This document shows positions 45,970 through 57,784 of a stretch of DNA of 64,000 nucleotides, one piece after another. Positions within the stretch are counted from its first letter, which is position 1, and each line of letters begins with the position of its first letter. Location of the stretch: assembly GCA_021613535.1 (NCBI GenBank), contig CP075496.1, forward strand, positions 9,362,001 through 9,426,000, read 5' to 3'. The notes below the pieces were generated by a model that was not told the DNA's origin, did no database searches, and worked only from the letters and a program-made list of their open reading frames with translations. Source of the DNA: Adineta vaga. Lineage: Eukaryota > Animalia > Rotifera. Made by a program: the position numbers and the translations under genes.

Positions 45970-48042
45970 ATGGCATCTTCAGAAAGAAAGAGAATTGTTG
46001 CATTTGCTATCAGTGCAATGACTTTGGTTCTAATATTTTGTATAGCTGTGCCAATAATCATAATATATGATCCTTTGAGAACTACAAAAACAATGATAAC
46101 ATCAAGTGAGCGTTTAAAAGAAAACATTTCTATTGTTTTCAGCTTTTTCTTCATACAATAACCGATGTAATACATTGAGATCATTTTTGTTATAAGAAAC
46201 AGCGTAAACAGAAAATGACAACAACTTTTAAACTAAGCACGACGAAGCGACATTTATTTACGTATTATAATCAGATAGACTGATGTACAGATGATGTATA
46301 TGGCTTAATTTTTCATTTGATTTTTAGTCTCAACAACAAATAGTATGACAAGCAGTGTAACGGATTCCTCTCCTATGAGCACTACGAGCAGTAGCAGCAC
46401 GACATCGACCAGCAGTAGTACCAGTACTACAAGTAGTACCAGTTCCAGCAGTAGTACTAGTACTAGCACAACAAGAAGCACCAGTACCAGTACTACAAAT
46501 AGTACCAGTTCCAGCAGCAGTACTAGTACTAGCACAACAAGAAGCACCAGTACCAGTACTACAAGTAGTACCAGTTCCAGCAGCAGTACTAGTACTAGCA
46601 CAACAAGAAGCACCAGTACCAGTACTACAAGTAGTACCAGTTCCAGCAGCAGTACTAGTACTAGCACAACAAGAAGCACCAGTACCAGTACTACAAGCAG
46701 TACTAGCGCCAGTACAACAAGCAGTGATATCACATTAGTCGGTAGTACTACTAGTAGTAGTATGATGGGCAGCACAACAAGAAGTACGACGAGCAGTACA
46801 ACAAGTAGTACCAGTAGTAGTAGTACAACAAGCAGTAGCAGTACAACGAGCAGTACAACAAGCAGTACTAGTAGTAGTAGTACAACAAGCAGCACCAGTA
46901 GTAGCAGTATGACCAGCACCACAAGTACTACTTCTGTCAGTAAGTGATCATCACATTCGCACTAACAACAAGATACATATATAGATATCTTACAATTTAG
47001 CAACAATATCATGTCCTGCTGGATATTCACTATCACCGTCTGGAATTTGTGTTAATCTTCAAATAGATTTTAATAACTGCGGTTCTTTTGGTTACGTATG
47101 TTCAAATACTTATAAAAGTTGTGCAGCCGGTGCATGTAGTAATGCACCTGCCGTACAACTTTCACAAGCAATTGCTATTCCAGGATGGGACGGTAGTCGG
47201 AATGTCGATGATGAAGTTGCCTCATTAACTTTACCGATGAATCTAACACTGACATTGTATAATTACACATCTGGGGTGATCTCGATTTCAAGTAATGGTG
47301 TAAGTATATAGAAGTTGAGTTATATGTATAGAGTAAAATGCAGACATTGAATATATCTAGTAAAATTGAATCATCAAATCGAATTACAAATCTTAGATGA
47401 TTGCGATTGATAAATATATGAGGACTCTTTTGAAAGAAGGAAAATTTCCAAAGTAGTAGCAAATTCTCTAGCTCTAAAGCATTTATCGTCAGAAGAAATT
47501 ATCTTCCTCTTACAAATCTTTATAGGTCATTTGTCTTAATGTTTGTTCGACTGCGTATACAAACTTCGCTTTACCAACGACTAACTTCTCTGGACCAACA
47601 GCTGTTGGCCTATGGGACGACTTAATGATTTATAATAATACAGCTCAAGGTGTCTACTATCAAATTTCCGGTATTAATCCTAATCGAACAACAACTTTTG
47701 AATTTTATACAAGTAAATTCCAGTCTCCCAATAGTTACTACCACTTTCAAATCAAGTTTTATGAGAACCTTCCAAATATTGTTCAATATATTTATTATGA
47801 TATAGCTAATAGAGGTAATAGCTCAACAGTCGGCATTCAAAGTGAGTGGTTATTATTCGAATGAAAATATTTTCTCTTATAATATTAAAAAGAAACATTT
47901 TTTCATTTAAAACTTAGATTCTATAACCGCTTCCTCTTTACAGTATTCTTTCAATCAAGGAAATACTATGTGGAATAATATGACACTAACATTTAATACC
48001 AATACAAATACATACATCAGAACTAATGGAACAGTAATATAA
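45970..48042 (+). CDS. Type II membrane mucin-like protein: TM anchor, Ser/Thr stalk, Cys-rich (Stig1-like) module, NIDO-like head; 5 exons
   Basis: In-phase exons 45970-46105, 46328-46939, 47001-47299, 47526-47841 and 47918-48042. Motifs ICVNLQIDFNNCGSFGYVC, VDD…SSNGVI…LWDDL…QGVYY. Confidence 0.82.
46420..46705 (+). repeat. 66-bp coding tandem repeat (~4.3 copies) encoding TTRSTSTSTTSSTSSSSSTSTS
   Basis: acaagaagcacc recurs at 46471, 46537, 46603 and 46669 with near-identical intervening sequence. Confidence 0.95.
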
Positions 48043-48343
48043 ATAATAGTAGATATCATCAAATGAAAATTATCTTTACACCTCTCTTATTATTCCAAAG
48101 AATATAAACAACCGCTTTTGTCGTCATTGTAGCTCATTATAATTATTCAATAAAACATGCTTTAACACTATTTTTTTCAATTCATTGAGTCTTTTCGATA
48201 ATAATCTTTTGATTCAATGATGATTATAGATATCATCAAAAAAGTTGCATCAAGTCTTGTTTATTACAACTCGGATATAAATGAATATATGCATTCGTAA
48301 TTAGTTCGTTCATAATGAATATTAAAAAAATTGTTAATTATCA

Positions 48344-48634
48344 TTATGGAATTTGTTGAAAAATATCGAAAGTCCATTTTAAATTTGTTTCATTTACTCG
48401 TATGAATTTTGAATCATATTGTGAAGCACTTAATTGATAACGACCAGTATCACCGATAAACACTGCCCATCGTTTTCCATATGTTGTTTCTAACCATTCT
48501 TTGATATCATTCGCAATTTTATATCTTTCCGTTGGTCCACGTGAATCAATAGCAGAACCGATTGTCGCCAATATATTTGTTTTCATAGTACCTGTAATTC
48601 CATATTTCTTTTCGACAACTTCCCATCGAACCAT
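48344..48634 (-). CDS. Divergent dynein light chain (LC8/DLC-type fold) protein
   Basis: 96 aa from ATG 48634. KIANDIKEWLETTYGKRWAVFIG matches the LC8 pattern 'IA..IK..FD..YG..W.CIVG'. Confidence 0.72.
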   Translation of the reverse strand: MVRWEVVEKKYGITGTMKTNILATIGSAIDSRGPTERYKIANDIKEWLETTYGKRWAVFIGDTGRYQLSASQYDSKFIRVNETNLKWTFDIFQQIP

Positions 48635-49313
48635 TTTAATCGTTTCTATATAGAGTACATGAAAGGATGTGAAATAAATTGTTTTCAATTTCTTGCAACA
48701 TGTGCGTTAATATTGACTTAAAAGAAAATGAATTTTGTTTTCGAATAAAAATAAATTCCTCTAAATTGTACTGTCGTCATACTGTCTTTCGAAATTTTTA
48801 AAAATGTGTACATATCTACCGATGAAAACAAGTTTTTTTTTCTCTACTCATATGAATTACAGAATGGCAGAGAAGAGTAAATAGAGGTGTGTACACAATA
48901 TGACTCAAAAATCATTCATTATCCTATTAATTACATTTGTTATGAACTATTTTTAAAAAACGAAATATAATCGATCCTTTTCTGAGCAATTTAGAAATTT
49001 GAATCCATCTTCTATACATTTGATATGGATTTTATTTCACTACTAGTAAAAAGTCGACGTGTATTCTTAAAAGTAGGTTAACAGAATATTTTGTATTTTA
49101 TGATTTTTTTTGTTGATCTTAATATATGCCTACGTCCCCATATGATATGTTAATAATTATTTTACTGATAGAAATGTATTTTGCTCATTTTATAAAAAAA
49201 AATAATAACATATGTTCAAAATTACATCTAACAATGTAATGATTCGTTAATCATACTAATTTCTACTAAAACTAGTCAAAACTTCAGTTTATTATTTAAT
49301 ATTCTATATTATA

Positions 49314-50262
49314 ATGACTAGACTTTCTCAAAAACTTTTCTTTTCTATTATTGGACTTTTTTCTTTAACTATGTTCTTATGTTTTCTTTATTGTATTCCA
49401 ATTATATGTATTAAACGATTTCATCATCGAATATATATATTTACATCTAATATATGTTTGATCATTTTATGTTTTGGTATCATACATATTATTTATTTGA
49501 CTACTCTATTTTATTGTGAAGGAATAATCTTTACTAATTTTACATGTAAATTAATAATCTATCTTCGAGTAATGATTACATTTCAATTAGCATTTGCATT
49601 TCTTATGGTGTCAATTTATCGTTTTGCTTATGTTATTTATCATTCAAAACGATTTTTTAAAACAAAAAAATGGTTTTTAATTTGTTTTGCTAGTCAATGG
49701 TTAATTGGTTTTCTTCTACCATTAGTATCATTATTAGCAAAGAATGATTCTGTAAGAAGAAAAAAAAGTCAATATACTTCTTCATAAAAATGATATTTTT
49801 CTTTAGAAATGCCATTATTCACAATGGGTATCAATTTATATGATGATTGTCATTGTTGTTCTTTGTCCAATAATAACTTTAGTTGTAAATATACGTATTT
49901 TTCATTTTGGTCATACTTCTTTTCGTCGTTTGCAATCTCATCATATGTCGAATCGTATAGAACCTATTTCAAGAATCGTATCGAATAGAACTAATCCAAT
50001 AATTCAAACAAGATCAAGAATTAATCGTCGAGATATTCGTCAATTAAAACATACAATTTACATGTTTCTCATGTTTCTTATTGGATGGGGACCTATTTAT
50101 ACATTAAAAATTTTCATGCATAATGCGAATGTGTCAACATCTCTACTTGGATTCTTTTTTGTTTGGGCACAACTTAGTCTTGTTTGCTTGGTTATAAATA
50201 TGTTTGTATTCAATCAGGAACTAAGAAAATATTTAACGAAAAAAATCTTTCTTGGCTTCTAA
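49314..50262 (+). CDS. Divergent rhodopsin-like GPCR, 2 exons
   Basis: TM pattern with TCKL, VSIYRF, FLIGWGP and NQELRKYL. Intron 49752-49806 is in phase. Confidence 0.82.
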
Positions 50263-50368
50263 ATATACAAGTTTTAATCCTATTCTTATCTGATTGAATA
50301 TAGATTTGTTTTTGTGAAGATTTATTTGATAAAAGAAAAAGATGATATTATATATTTGTAAATAAAAT

Positions 50369-50638
50369 TCATTTTTTATCATCGGAAGTGATTTGATGTA
50401 TTAAAGTATCTAAAGCACGTTTTGGACAACAACAATATTTCTTTATTGAAATCCAACATGTATAACCATCACCTTTACTACTTTCTAATGTTGAAAAACA
50501 TCCGTCTGGACAGGAATTTCCAATGAAACAAAATGGTGCAGTACCATACCATTTACACAATGCAATCGATGATGTAGGAGCAAAAATTAAAAGAAAACTA
50601 AGAAGTAAAATTGTATGAAGTATGATTGATGATGCCAT
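50369..50638 (-). CDS. Small secreted cysteine-rich protein (WYGTAPFC motif)
   Basis: Signal peptide, then CKWYGTAPFCFIGNSCPDGC…GDGYTCWISIKKYCCCP (8 Cys). Confidence 0.8.
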   Translation of the reverse strand: MASSIILHTILLLSFLLIFAPTSSIALCKWYGTAPFCFIGNSCPDGCFSTLESSKGDGYTCWISIKKYCCCPKRALDTLIHQITSDDKK

Positions 50639-51612
50639 TTGAAATCAGATTATTCCGTTACTGATAGTAATGAAAATGTCTCTTCGTTTTTATAGCTAGA
50701 TGACTTTTCATATTGCCTACAGAGGATGTATGTATTAACAAAAGATAAGCGTCTCATACGAAAGAACAGAAGAAGAAAATAGAAAAGGAAAACGAGACGA
50801 TGTGTCTGTGTCAACGACTTTCTTGATAGATAGGATAGCAGATGATAATGAAAAGTTCTTCCGATGTCTTTATTGGAATATATTTTTGTCTTCTTTTCAA
50901 CACGCATCTCGAATTCTATTTAGTGTGAATTGATATATTATTTGTAACATGTACGCATATATAGTGTTGAAATAACACTAAGAAAGTTAATCGTCAGTTA
51001 AGCATTATTTTAGAAATAAATCTTGTGAAAGTTAAATGAAAAGAAAATCTGAGTCATTTTTTTTTTCTTTTGATAAAATATTGTCTAGTAATTTTATTTA
51101 CATAAATTTGTATATAAAAAAAAGAAAACGCGCGCATGTTCATGTCAAATGTTCTTAAAAACGAACGAAAGAATAGTTTTGTCAGTTAAGGACATTAATT
51201 AAATACAGACATAACCGATCGAAAATATTTTTTGTTCTCCAACGTCAGTTATATATCATCAATAACAAAATGTAATCAATAACTATATTATTTTCTTTCT
51301 ATGTAAATAAAAACATCTTTCAGTCACTACGATAGATTTTTTCAGATAACTATTAAGAAGCTTTTTCTTCTTGTGACAAATTCTAATGCTTGACTATATA
51401 TATTCATTTTTCCATGATATAGTTACCATGCGTGAAATAGATGGTCATGTACTACACCTATAGAAATAAATAATTATAACTATGCTTGCTGAAATATATG
51501 TAAAAATACTGAGAAGAAAAGAAAAATAGCATTATTTCTCTTTTCTCACATGTTATTTATTTATAATACTTTACATTAGTTACTTTTTCTTCCCATTTAC
51601 AACACATATAGA

Positions 51613-52605
51613 ATGCATTTAGACGACAAAAATATATCAATAACAAAGAAATCTTCTCAAGAAACTAGTCAAAGAACAACACAGTTAAATCTTTTGGAAA
51701 CATGTCTTTCTGGAATGATAATGGGTTTTATTGCTTATAGTTTCTCATTTTCAATTGTTCCTCTGGTTTATACGATAAATGCATTAATTTTTGGTAGAAA
51801 CTCATTAATTACTATACTGACAACAGCATGTGCACAATTAACTGCTGGTTACCTTCATACGCATTCGTCACGAACTGGTATGGCAATTAGTACAAAAATT
51901 TTTCATGGATTCTATATTTCAAAACCGGAAATGCGTAATCGACGACAACAAAATGAGACGTCAATTCAATGTCTTCAACGATTTTTTGTCAGGCATCCAT
52001 TGAATGCATTTGTTCTCAATTTTATGTGGCAAACGTTTACAATATTTTATATAATACAAACTGAATTATTTCTCGCATACTCTGAAAGTATTAAATCAAA
52101 AGAAGATAATGAACAATATCTTCTTCTTGTACAATGTTTCACACGTTATATCGCTGGTTGTTTATCTGGAATGAGTACGGCGATAATTAATCATCTTTGG
52201 CAACGACATCTTGCACTTAAAACAGAATCACAAGCTGTATTTAATAGAGATCGAGAAAAATTAAAATTAAAAAAAAATGACCGAAGAAAATTATTAAGTC
52301 CATGTAGTATGGAAAATTGGATTAAAGTTTTTGCAATGTTAATTGGAGCATTATTCATTATTGCAAGTAATATACCTAATCCTACGGAATTTCATTTATT
52401 TAGTTTACGTAAAAGACGAATCATAACGGATATCTTAGTTATTAATGGTGGTTGGCTTTTTTTCCGTGATGCTGCCATGTTACTTTTTAAGAAACAAGAA
52501 AAAATTTCTTCCATTCCATTGAATACAGATCAATCGATATTTCCAATCAAAGAAACTCGTATAGGAGAGGATGAAAAATCAACTATGTTGACAACTAATA
52601 TATAA
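51613..52605 (+). CDS. Uncharacterised multi-pass membrane protein
   Basis: 330-aa intronless ORF with roughly six hydrophobic segments. No family recognised. Confidence 0.7.
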   Translation: MHLDDKNISITKKSSQETSQRTTQLNLLETCLSGMIMGFIAYSFSFSIVPLVYTINALIFGRNSLITILTTACAQLTAGYLHTHSSRTGMAISTKIFHGFYISKPEMRNRRQQNETSIQCLQRFFVRHPLNAFVLNFMWQTFTIFYIIQTELFLAYSESIKSKEDNEQYLLLVQCFTRYIAGCLSGMSTAIINHLWQRHLALKTESQAVFNRDREKLKLKKNDRRKLLSPCSMENWIKVFAMLIGALFIIASNIPNPTEFHLFSLRKRRIITDILVINGGWLFFRDAAMLLFKKQEKISSIPLNTDQSIFPIKETRIGEDEKSTMLTTNI

Positions 52606-53069
52606 AACACATGAACATTTTTGTATCAGTTTCTCTCTTATTTTTTTATACTACGTTTTTTTGTAATATCAATAGTTGATAGAAATGTATAAATATTATT
52701 AATGATTCAATTCATTCTTCTTTTTTTAAATACAATTTAAACTGATAATATATTATTTATATTGAAAAAAGTCGAATATTTTAACATCGAATAACGACGA
52801 AATGACTGTGATAGATTGAATATAAACAATCGTGTTCATATATTCTTGTTTCTCATTATTAAAATATTTATAATTGCCTAAAGATATAATCAGGAATAGC
52901 AACTGCTTTGCTAGATAGATCACATATTTCTTTTGATATACTCAAGCAGTACTTTTGGTAATGAATATTCTTTTTTTATTTTTACAAAAGATGCATTATG
53001 GCAAGCTTTGCAAAAACAGTAAAGAACAGTTCATAGTAGTTTGCTTAAATACTAAACTTTTTTGGAGAA

Positions 53070-54815
53070 CTATTTGACTAGTATAATAGGTGGAGGAAAT
53101 GTTGAATTAAATGCAGATGGTGGTAAATCGATCAAAGTACTTAAATTCATTTGACATGGATTAGTCGTATCATATCTATAATATTGATCTAGTTTTGTTT
53201 GAATATTAACTACTGTATTATTACTAGCGGTAATATTTCGACTGTTACATATTAATATCAATGGTTGTGAACTATTCGTAGCGATATAATTACCGGTAAT
53301 ATAAACATTATTAGCGTTATTCGATTGAATGAGACCTTGACTAAGACTTCCGAAATAGAATGTTGATGATTCGACACGAATATCGTCGATAACGGATACT
53401 AACTGGATAGGATCCGGTAAAATCGTTATAAAACCTTGTTGTTGTCCAATACCTTCATTACAGTGAATATAAAGATTTTCAGCTAAGGTTACATTTCGAC
53501 TTGGAAGGCCTTCATACCAATATAAAGATGGCTGAAAAAGAAGAGCTGGTCCACTTGTTTTATTGAATATTGATTGTCGAATATCAATATTTCGTGTTTC
53601 TAATAGAATACCACGAGCTCGATTATGTTCAACTGTAAAGTTTCGTATGGTTAATGAAGCAACATCTGCTACACAAACAAAATCACCTATACTAGCATTA
53701 ATTGAACTGGAAAAAGTGAATAATTGTGAAGTAGAAGTATAAAATGAAGACGAAACAATGGTTCCTGTCTCATATGCTGTGAATGGTCGTTTACTACTAC
53801 TAAATTCTAATTGTGTACCATCTTCAATCAACAGTGGATCAGTCCAATTAAATGCTTGAAGAATTAAAGCACTTGAATTGATAATATTTGCAACAGATAC
53901 ATAAGGTGTTAAAACATTTAATCCATCATCACCTTGCATTTGACATTTACTATCAGTTAATGTAATATATTCTCGATTACTAATTAAATGCATACAATCT
54001 GAATTTGCGCTTAGCCATCGTTCATTGTTCGGTGTTACATGATAATCAAAAATTGTCAGACGACGTACGCGATTGGTTACTAAGACCATACCCCAAGCTG
54101 AATGGACATTTATTGATTGAATGCTAACGTCTGTTGAATCATGTATATAAATAGCATGAGTAGATATATCATAAACAGCAACAATAGCATCACCTTGATG
54201 AAAATTCGTGAGTGATGCTATTGGTATACGTAGAATATTAGGAGAAATGAGACTAGTATTGACATTGTTGGGTGGAACTTGATAAAAATTATAAGTTTGA
54301 GAACCAAAAGCAGGTCTCATTTCCATAGGATCATATCGAATAAGACCAATCACTCGTCGGTTAATATCAGCACGATGTGGTGTTTGTACTTGAATATCAA
54401 GATAAATATTTGTTGCATTAATAACATAACCAGCAGTAAATGGATACGGATCATAATCGATCGATAATGATGATATTTTTATTCCATAGCAATACTGAGC
54501 AAAGAATATGAAAATTCGAGCTGTACCTAACAGTAATGTTTCATCCATACCTTGTCCCAGTATTGTCAGATTAGTGGCATTCGATATTTGAATTGTTGAC
54601 GATAAATTATATGTACCAGATTCAAAGATAAGAATACTGCCTGATCCATAGTTGATGGCTGTATTCACAGCCAGTTGAATGTTTTTTGCATCGTCGATAT
54701 TATCATTTGGAGAAGCACCAAAATTCGATACAAAAAATGTTTTGCCCCGGATTGTTAAACATTCAATCAGTATGAGAAATAGTATAAACCAACCCTCAAC
54801 ATACATTATTTTCAT
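53070..54815 (-). CDS. Secreted right-handed beta-helix glycoside hydrolase, GH110 alpha-1,3-galactosidase-like
   Basis: Signal peptide; FGASPNDNIDDAKNIQLA, LIFESGTY, IDYDPYPFTAG, RWLSANSDCMH, GDDGLNV (catalytic Asp pattern) and HNRARGILL. Intronless. Confidence 0.82.
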   Translation of the reverse strand: MKIMYVEGWFILFLILIECLTIRGKTFFVSNFGASPNDNIDDAKNIQLAVNTAINYGSGSILIFESGTYNLSSTIQISNATNLTILGQGMDETLLLGTARIFIFFAQYCYGIKISSLSIDYDPYPFTAGYVINATNIYLDIQVQTPHRADINRRVIGLIRYDPMEMRPAFGSQTYNFYQVPPNNVNTSLISPNILRIPIASLTNFHQGDAIVAVYDISTHAIYIHDSTDVSIQSINVHSAWGMVLVTNRVRRLTIFDYHVTPNNERWLSANSDCMHLISNREYITLTDSKCQMQGDDGLNVLTPYVSVANIINSSALILQAFNWTDPLLIEDGTQLEFSSSKRPFTAYETGTIVSSSFYTSTSQLFTFSSSINASIGDFVCVADVASLTIRNFTVEHNRARGILLETRNIDIRQSIFNKTSGPALLFQPSLYWYEGLPSRNVTLAENLYIHCNEGIGQQQGFITILPDPIQLVSVIDDIRVESSTFYFGSLSQGLIQSNNANNVYITGNYIATNSSQPLILICNSRNITASNNTVVNIQTKLDQYYRYDTTNPCQMNLSTLIDLPPSAFNSTFPPPIILVK

Positions 54816-55279
54816 TGGAAAAAAAATTGTTCTCTTTTCTTCGTTTCTTTTTTTTAATAACTGGGGACATAAAGAGTTTCTTTATACCTTTATCAACTTT
54901 CAACATTCGGTAAGATAAGAAAGAATAGTTCGAAGGAAAAGTAACTTACGAATCCTAGTATTCATTCGCTTTCATCAACGTAAAATTCGAAAAGCAATCT
55001 CTATGAATCGTATCTATCATTAATTTGCCATTATTAATCTAAAAACCTAACATTCTATCGGTATTTGATTGGACAATAAATAGTGTCGCAAATAACAAGA
55101 AAGAAGTGTGGCAAAACATTCAAAGGTTTACAAGAAGTCACAGATATTAAATAATTGCAAAACTGATTTCGTATTACCAATTTTTTTCACCATATATGAC
55201 GGTCGAATAGGAGACACGTCTCTGATGCTACTAGCTTCTTTATTTGAAAACAACAATGATTAGAAGAAGAAAAAAACAA

Positions 55280-57784
55280 TTATAAGTTGGTTTTAATATA
55301 GTCGATTCCATCTTTATATAATTTTAAATGTGGATGATTTGATGGTAATGATTGTTGTGATAATTCCAATGCTTGTTCATAATACCCAAGTGCCGTTGAA
55401 TTATCTCCAATATGAGCATAGACCATTCCCATATGTCCATATAATGGCGCAAAATATGGATGATTAGGTGGAAGTGTTAGATGAGAAACTTCTAATGCTT
55501 TTTTATAATATAGAAGTGCTTGTAAATAATCTTTTAATGACGTGTAAACTCCTGCAATATTATTATAAGAAATAGCAAATGATGGATGATTTGGTGGAAG
55601 AATTTCTTGAAAAATATCTAATGCTTTTTCATAATTAAAGAGAGCCATAAAATAATCATTTAATTCGTCATAAACACTTCCAATATTATTGTAAGAAAGT
55701 GCTAACGAATGATGATAAGGTGGAAGAATTTTTTGTTCAATTTCAAGTGCTTTTTCATGATAGATAAGTGCTTCAGAATGTTCTCCTAAATTACTGTAAA
55801 CTTCGCCAATATTCTTATAAGATGTAGCAAGATCTGCATGATTGGATGGAAGAGATTTTTGTCGGATTTCTAATGCGTTTTTATGAGCAGAAAGTGCTTT
55901 CGAATATTCACCCATAGAATTGTATACTAAACCAATAAAATTATAACAAATTGCAATATCAGGATGATCTGATGATAAGGCATTTGATTTAATTTCAAGT
56001 GCTTTTTCGAAATTAACAAGTGCTTCAGCAAATCTATTCAAACTGTGAAATACTTCACCAAAATTAATATAACATGCAGCAAAATCTAAATGATTCGGTG
56101 GAAGTGTTTGTTGATAAATTTCAAATGCTTGTTGATGATAGAAAAGTGCTTGCGAATATTCATTCAACTTGGTATATGATGATCCAATACTACTATAGGA
56201 ATCAGCTAAATCTGTATGATTTTTAGGAAGAATTTGTTGATTAATTTCAATAGATTTTTGATAGAATTCAATTGCTTCTGAAAGTTTACTTTGATTATGA
56301 TTAACTAATCCAAGTGTATGATAAAGTTCAGCCTTTTCTCCTTGACTATCCGTTTCTTCTAACATGTGTGTAAATATTTGTTCAGCTTCATCGAATCTAC
56401 CTAATTTAAGCATGAAATTTCCCAACCGATACCATCCATTATGACTAGAATACGTTTCTTTTCGTATAATTTTTGCTAGATTCTGTAATTGTACTTGATT
56501 ATTATCGACTAATGTTAAATTAATTTGCCATAAACGATTATTCGTCTCATCAATCGGTTTTATTTGTCCAAGACGAAAAGTTGAATGCAAAGCAAAAAGT
56601 AATTGTTCTTCATTTTGATAATAACTAGCTTCACGAATCATTGCAAATGCAGTGGAAGATGTCGAGAGATCGATTGAAATTTCAAAAACAACACCAATTA
56701 CACTGGAATTATCTTGATTTTGTTGAACAAATGCAAGGGATGAAGCTCGATCAAGAGTTGTCATCATAAAATTATTAAATATGATTAATCCACCTTGTGT
56801 ATCTTTCAATTGTTCAAAATCTGATTTAGATAAACCTTGTCCACGATAGACAGTATAAGTATTCGATCGATTTTGATGATTAAATTGTTCTTTATGTAAT
56901 TCAATAATTTGTTGTTGAAGATCATGAATAAAAAATCCCATCTTTGTGACTAAGTCCATTTCCATTGTTCGTAATACTCGATTTAACATTGAAGATAAAA
57001 AACAATCCGATGTTAACCACCAAATTGCTCGATGTTGATAATATTCTTGTTCGATTTGATCGATATTATATAATTCAATATCATTGTCAACAAAAATTTC
57101 TTCACGACAAAATGCTAAAAAGTCATCGAGATGTTTTTTATTGAACTTAAGTTTTGGTAAAATTTCTTTTAATATTTGAATAAAAACAAAAGAATGATCG
57201 AATTGATCTATACTTTTATTTCTAACATCATCTGCTGTTTTAATAAAACTAATTGTAAGATAATTTTGATCACAAATATCTGCTGATTGTTGTACGGCTT
57301 CACAAATCGAATCAATATTTGTAAAAACACCTTTGATTTTCTTCCATTCATTGATCCATTGTTCATGAACAGTTGTTTGTCCTGAAAAGATATAGACAGA
57401 TTGTAATTGTTGCATACTATGAACAATAGGTACAACAGTTTGACCGAATAGTCCCGAGGAAATTAGAAAGATTTTTTCATCTTCGGTATTCGATATAAAA
57501 TCAATACATGCATCAACATCAATAAAAATTTGAACACTATTGACTATTTCACGTAATTTAGTCACAATATTAAAACAATCAGAATTATTAACTTCAGTAA
57601 ATATATTATCCAACCAAACAATAACATAATTCTGATTAATACGTGTACTTGGCATTTGAAATGCTGTTGTTGCTGTTCCTGATTCAGATGGAGTTGGTTC
57701 ATGTATCTCTTCGAAAGTTGTATTGTGTAGACCTTGTTCATTTCCATTAGTCATATCAACTGTTGTATCATGTATATTATTCAT
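55280..57784 (-). CDS. Receiver-like domain / R-S-E-type ART-like domain / TPR-repeat protein
   Basis: N-domain IVWLD…CIDFI…EKIFLISSG; AIWWLT…LNRVLR; TVYRGQGLS…FNNFMMTT…EEQLLF…FRL. About nine 42-aa TPR repeats (…HPDLA.SY.NIG.VY…ALE). Confidence 0.9.
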   Translation of the reverse strand: MNNIHDTTVDMTNGNEQGLHNTTFEEIHEPTPSESGTATTAFQMPSTRINQNYVIVWLDNIFTEVNNSDCFNIVTKLREIVNSVQIFIDVDACIDFISNTEDEKIFLISSGLFGQTVVPIVHSMQQLQSVYIFSGQTTVHEQWINEWKKIKGVFTNIDSICEAVQQSADICDQNYLTISFIKTADDVRNKSIDQFDHSFVFIQILKEILPKLKFNKKHLDDFLAFCREEIFVDNDIELYNIDQIEQEYYQHRAIWWLTSDCFLSSMLNRVLRTMEMDLVTKMGFFIHDLQQQIIELHKEQFNHQNRSNTYTVYRGQGLSKSDFEQLKDTQGGLIIFNNFMMTTLDRASSLAFVQQNQDNSSVIGVVFEISIDLSTSSTAFAMIREASYYQNEEQLLFALHSTFRLGQIKPIDETNNRLWQINLTLVDNNQVQLQNLAKIIRKETYSSHNGWYRLGNFMLKLGRFDEAEQIFTHMLEETDSQGEKAELYHTLGLVNHNQSKLSEAIEFYQKSIEINQQILPKNHTDLADSYSSIGSSYTKLNEYSQALFYHQQAFEIYQQTLPPNHLDFAACYINFGEVFHSLNRFAEALVNFEKALEIKSNALSSDHPDIAICYNFIGLVYNSMGEYSKALSAHKNALEIRQKSLPSNHADLATSYKNIGEVYSNLGEHSEALIYHEKALEIEQKILPPYHHSLALSYNNIGSVYDELNDYFMALFNYEKALDIFQEILPPNHPSFAISYNNIAGVYTSLKDYLQALLYYKKALEVSHLTLPPNHPYFAPLYGHMGMVYAHIGDNSTALGYYEQALELSQQSLPSNHPHLKLYKDGIDYIKTNL

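Noticed and set aside
46305-46922. 205-aa Leu/Val-rich minus-strand ORF
   Set aside because: Antisense shadow of the Ser/Thr repeat exon (AGT/ACx codons read as Leu/Val on the other strand).
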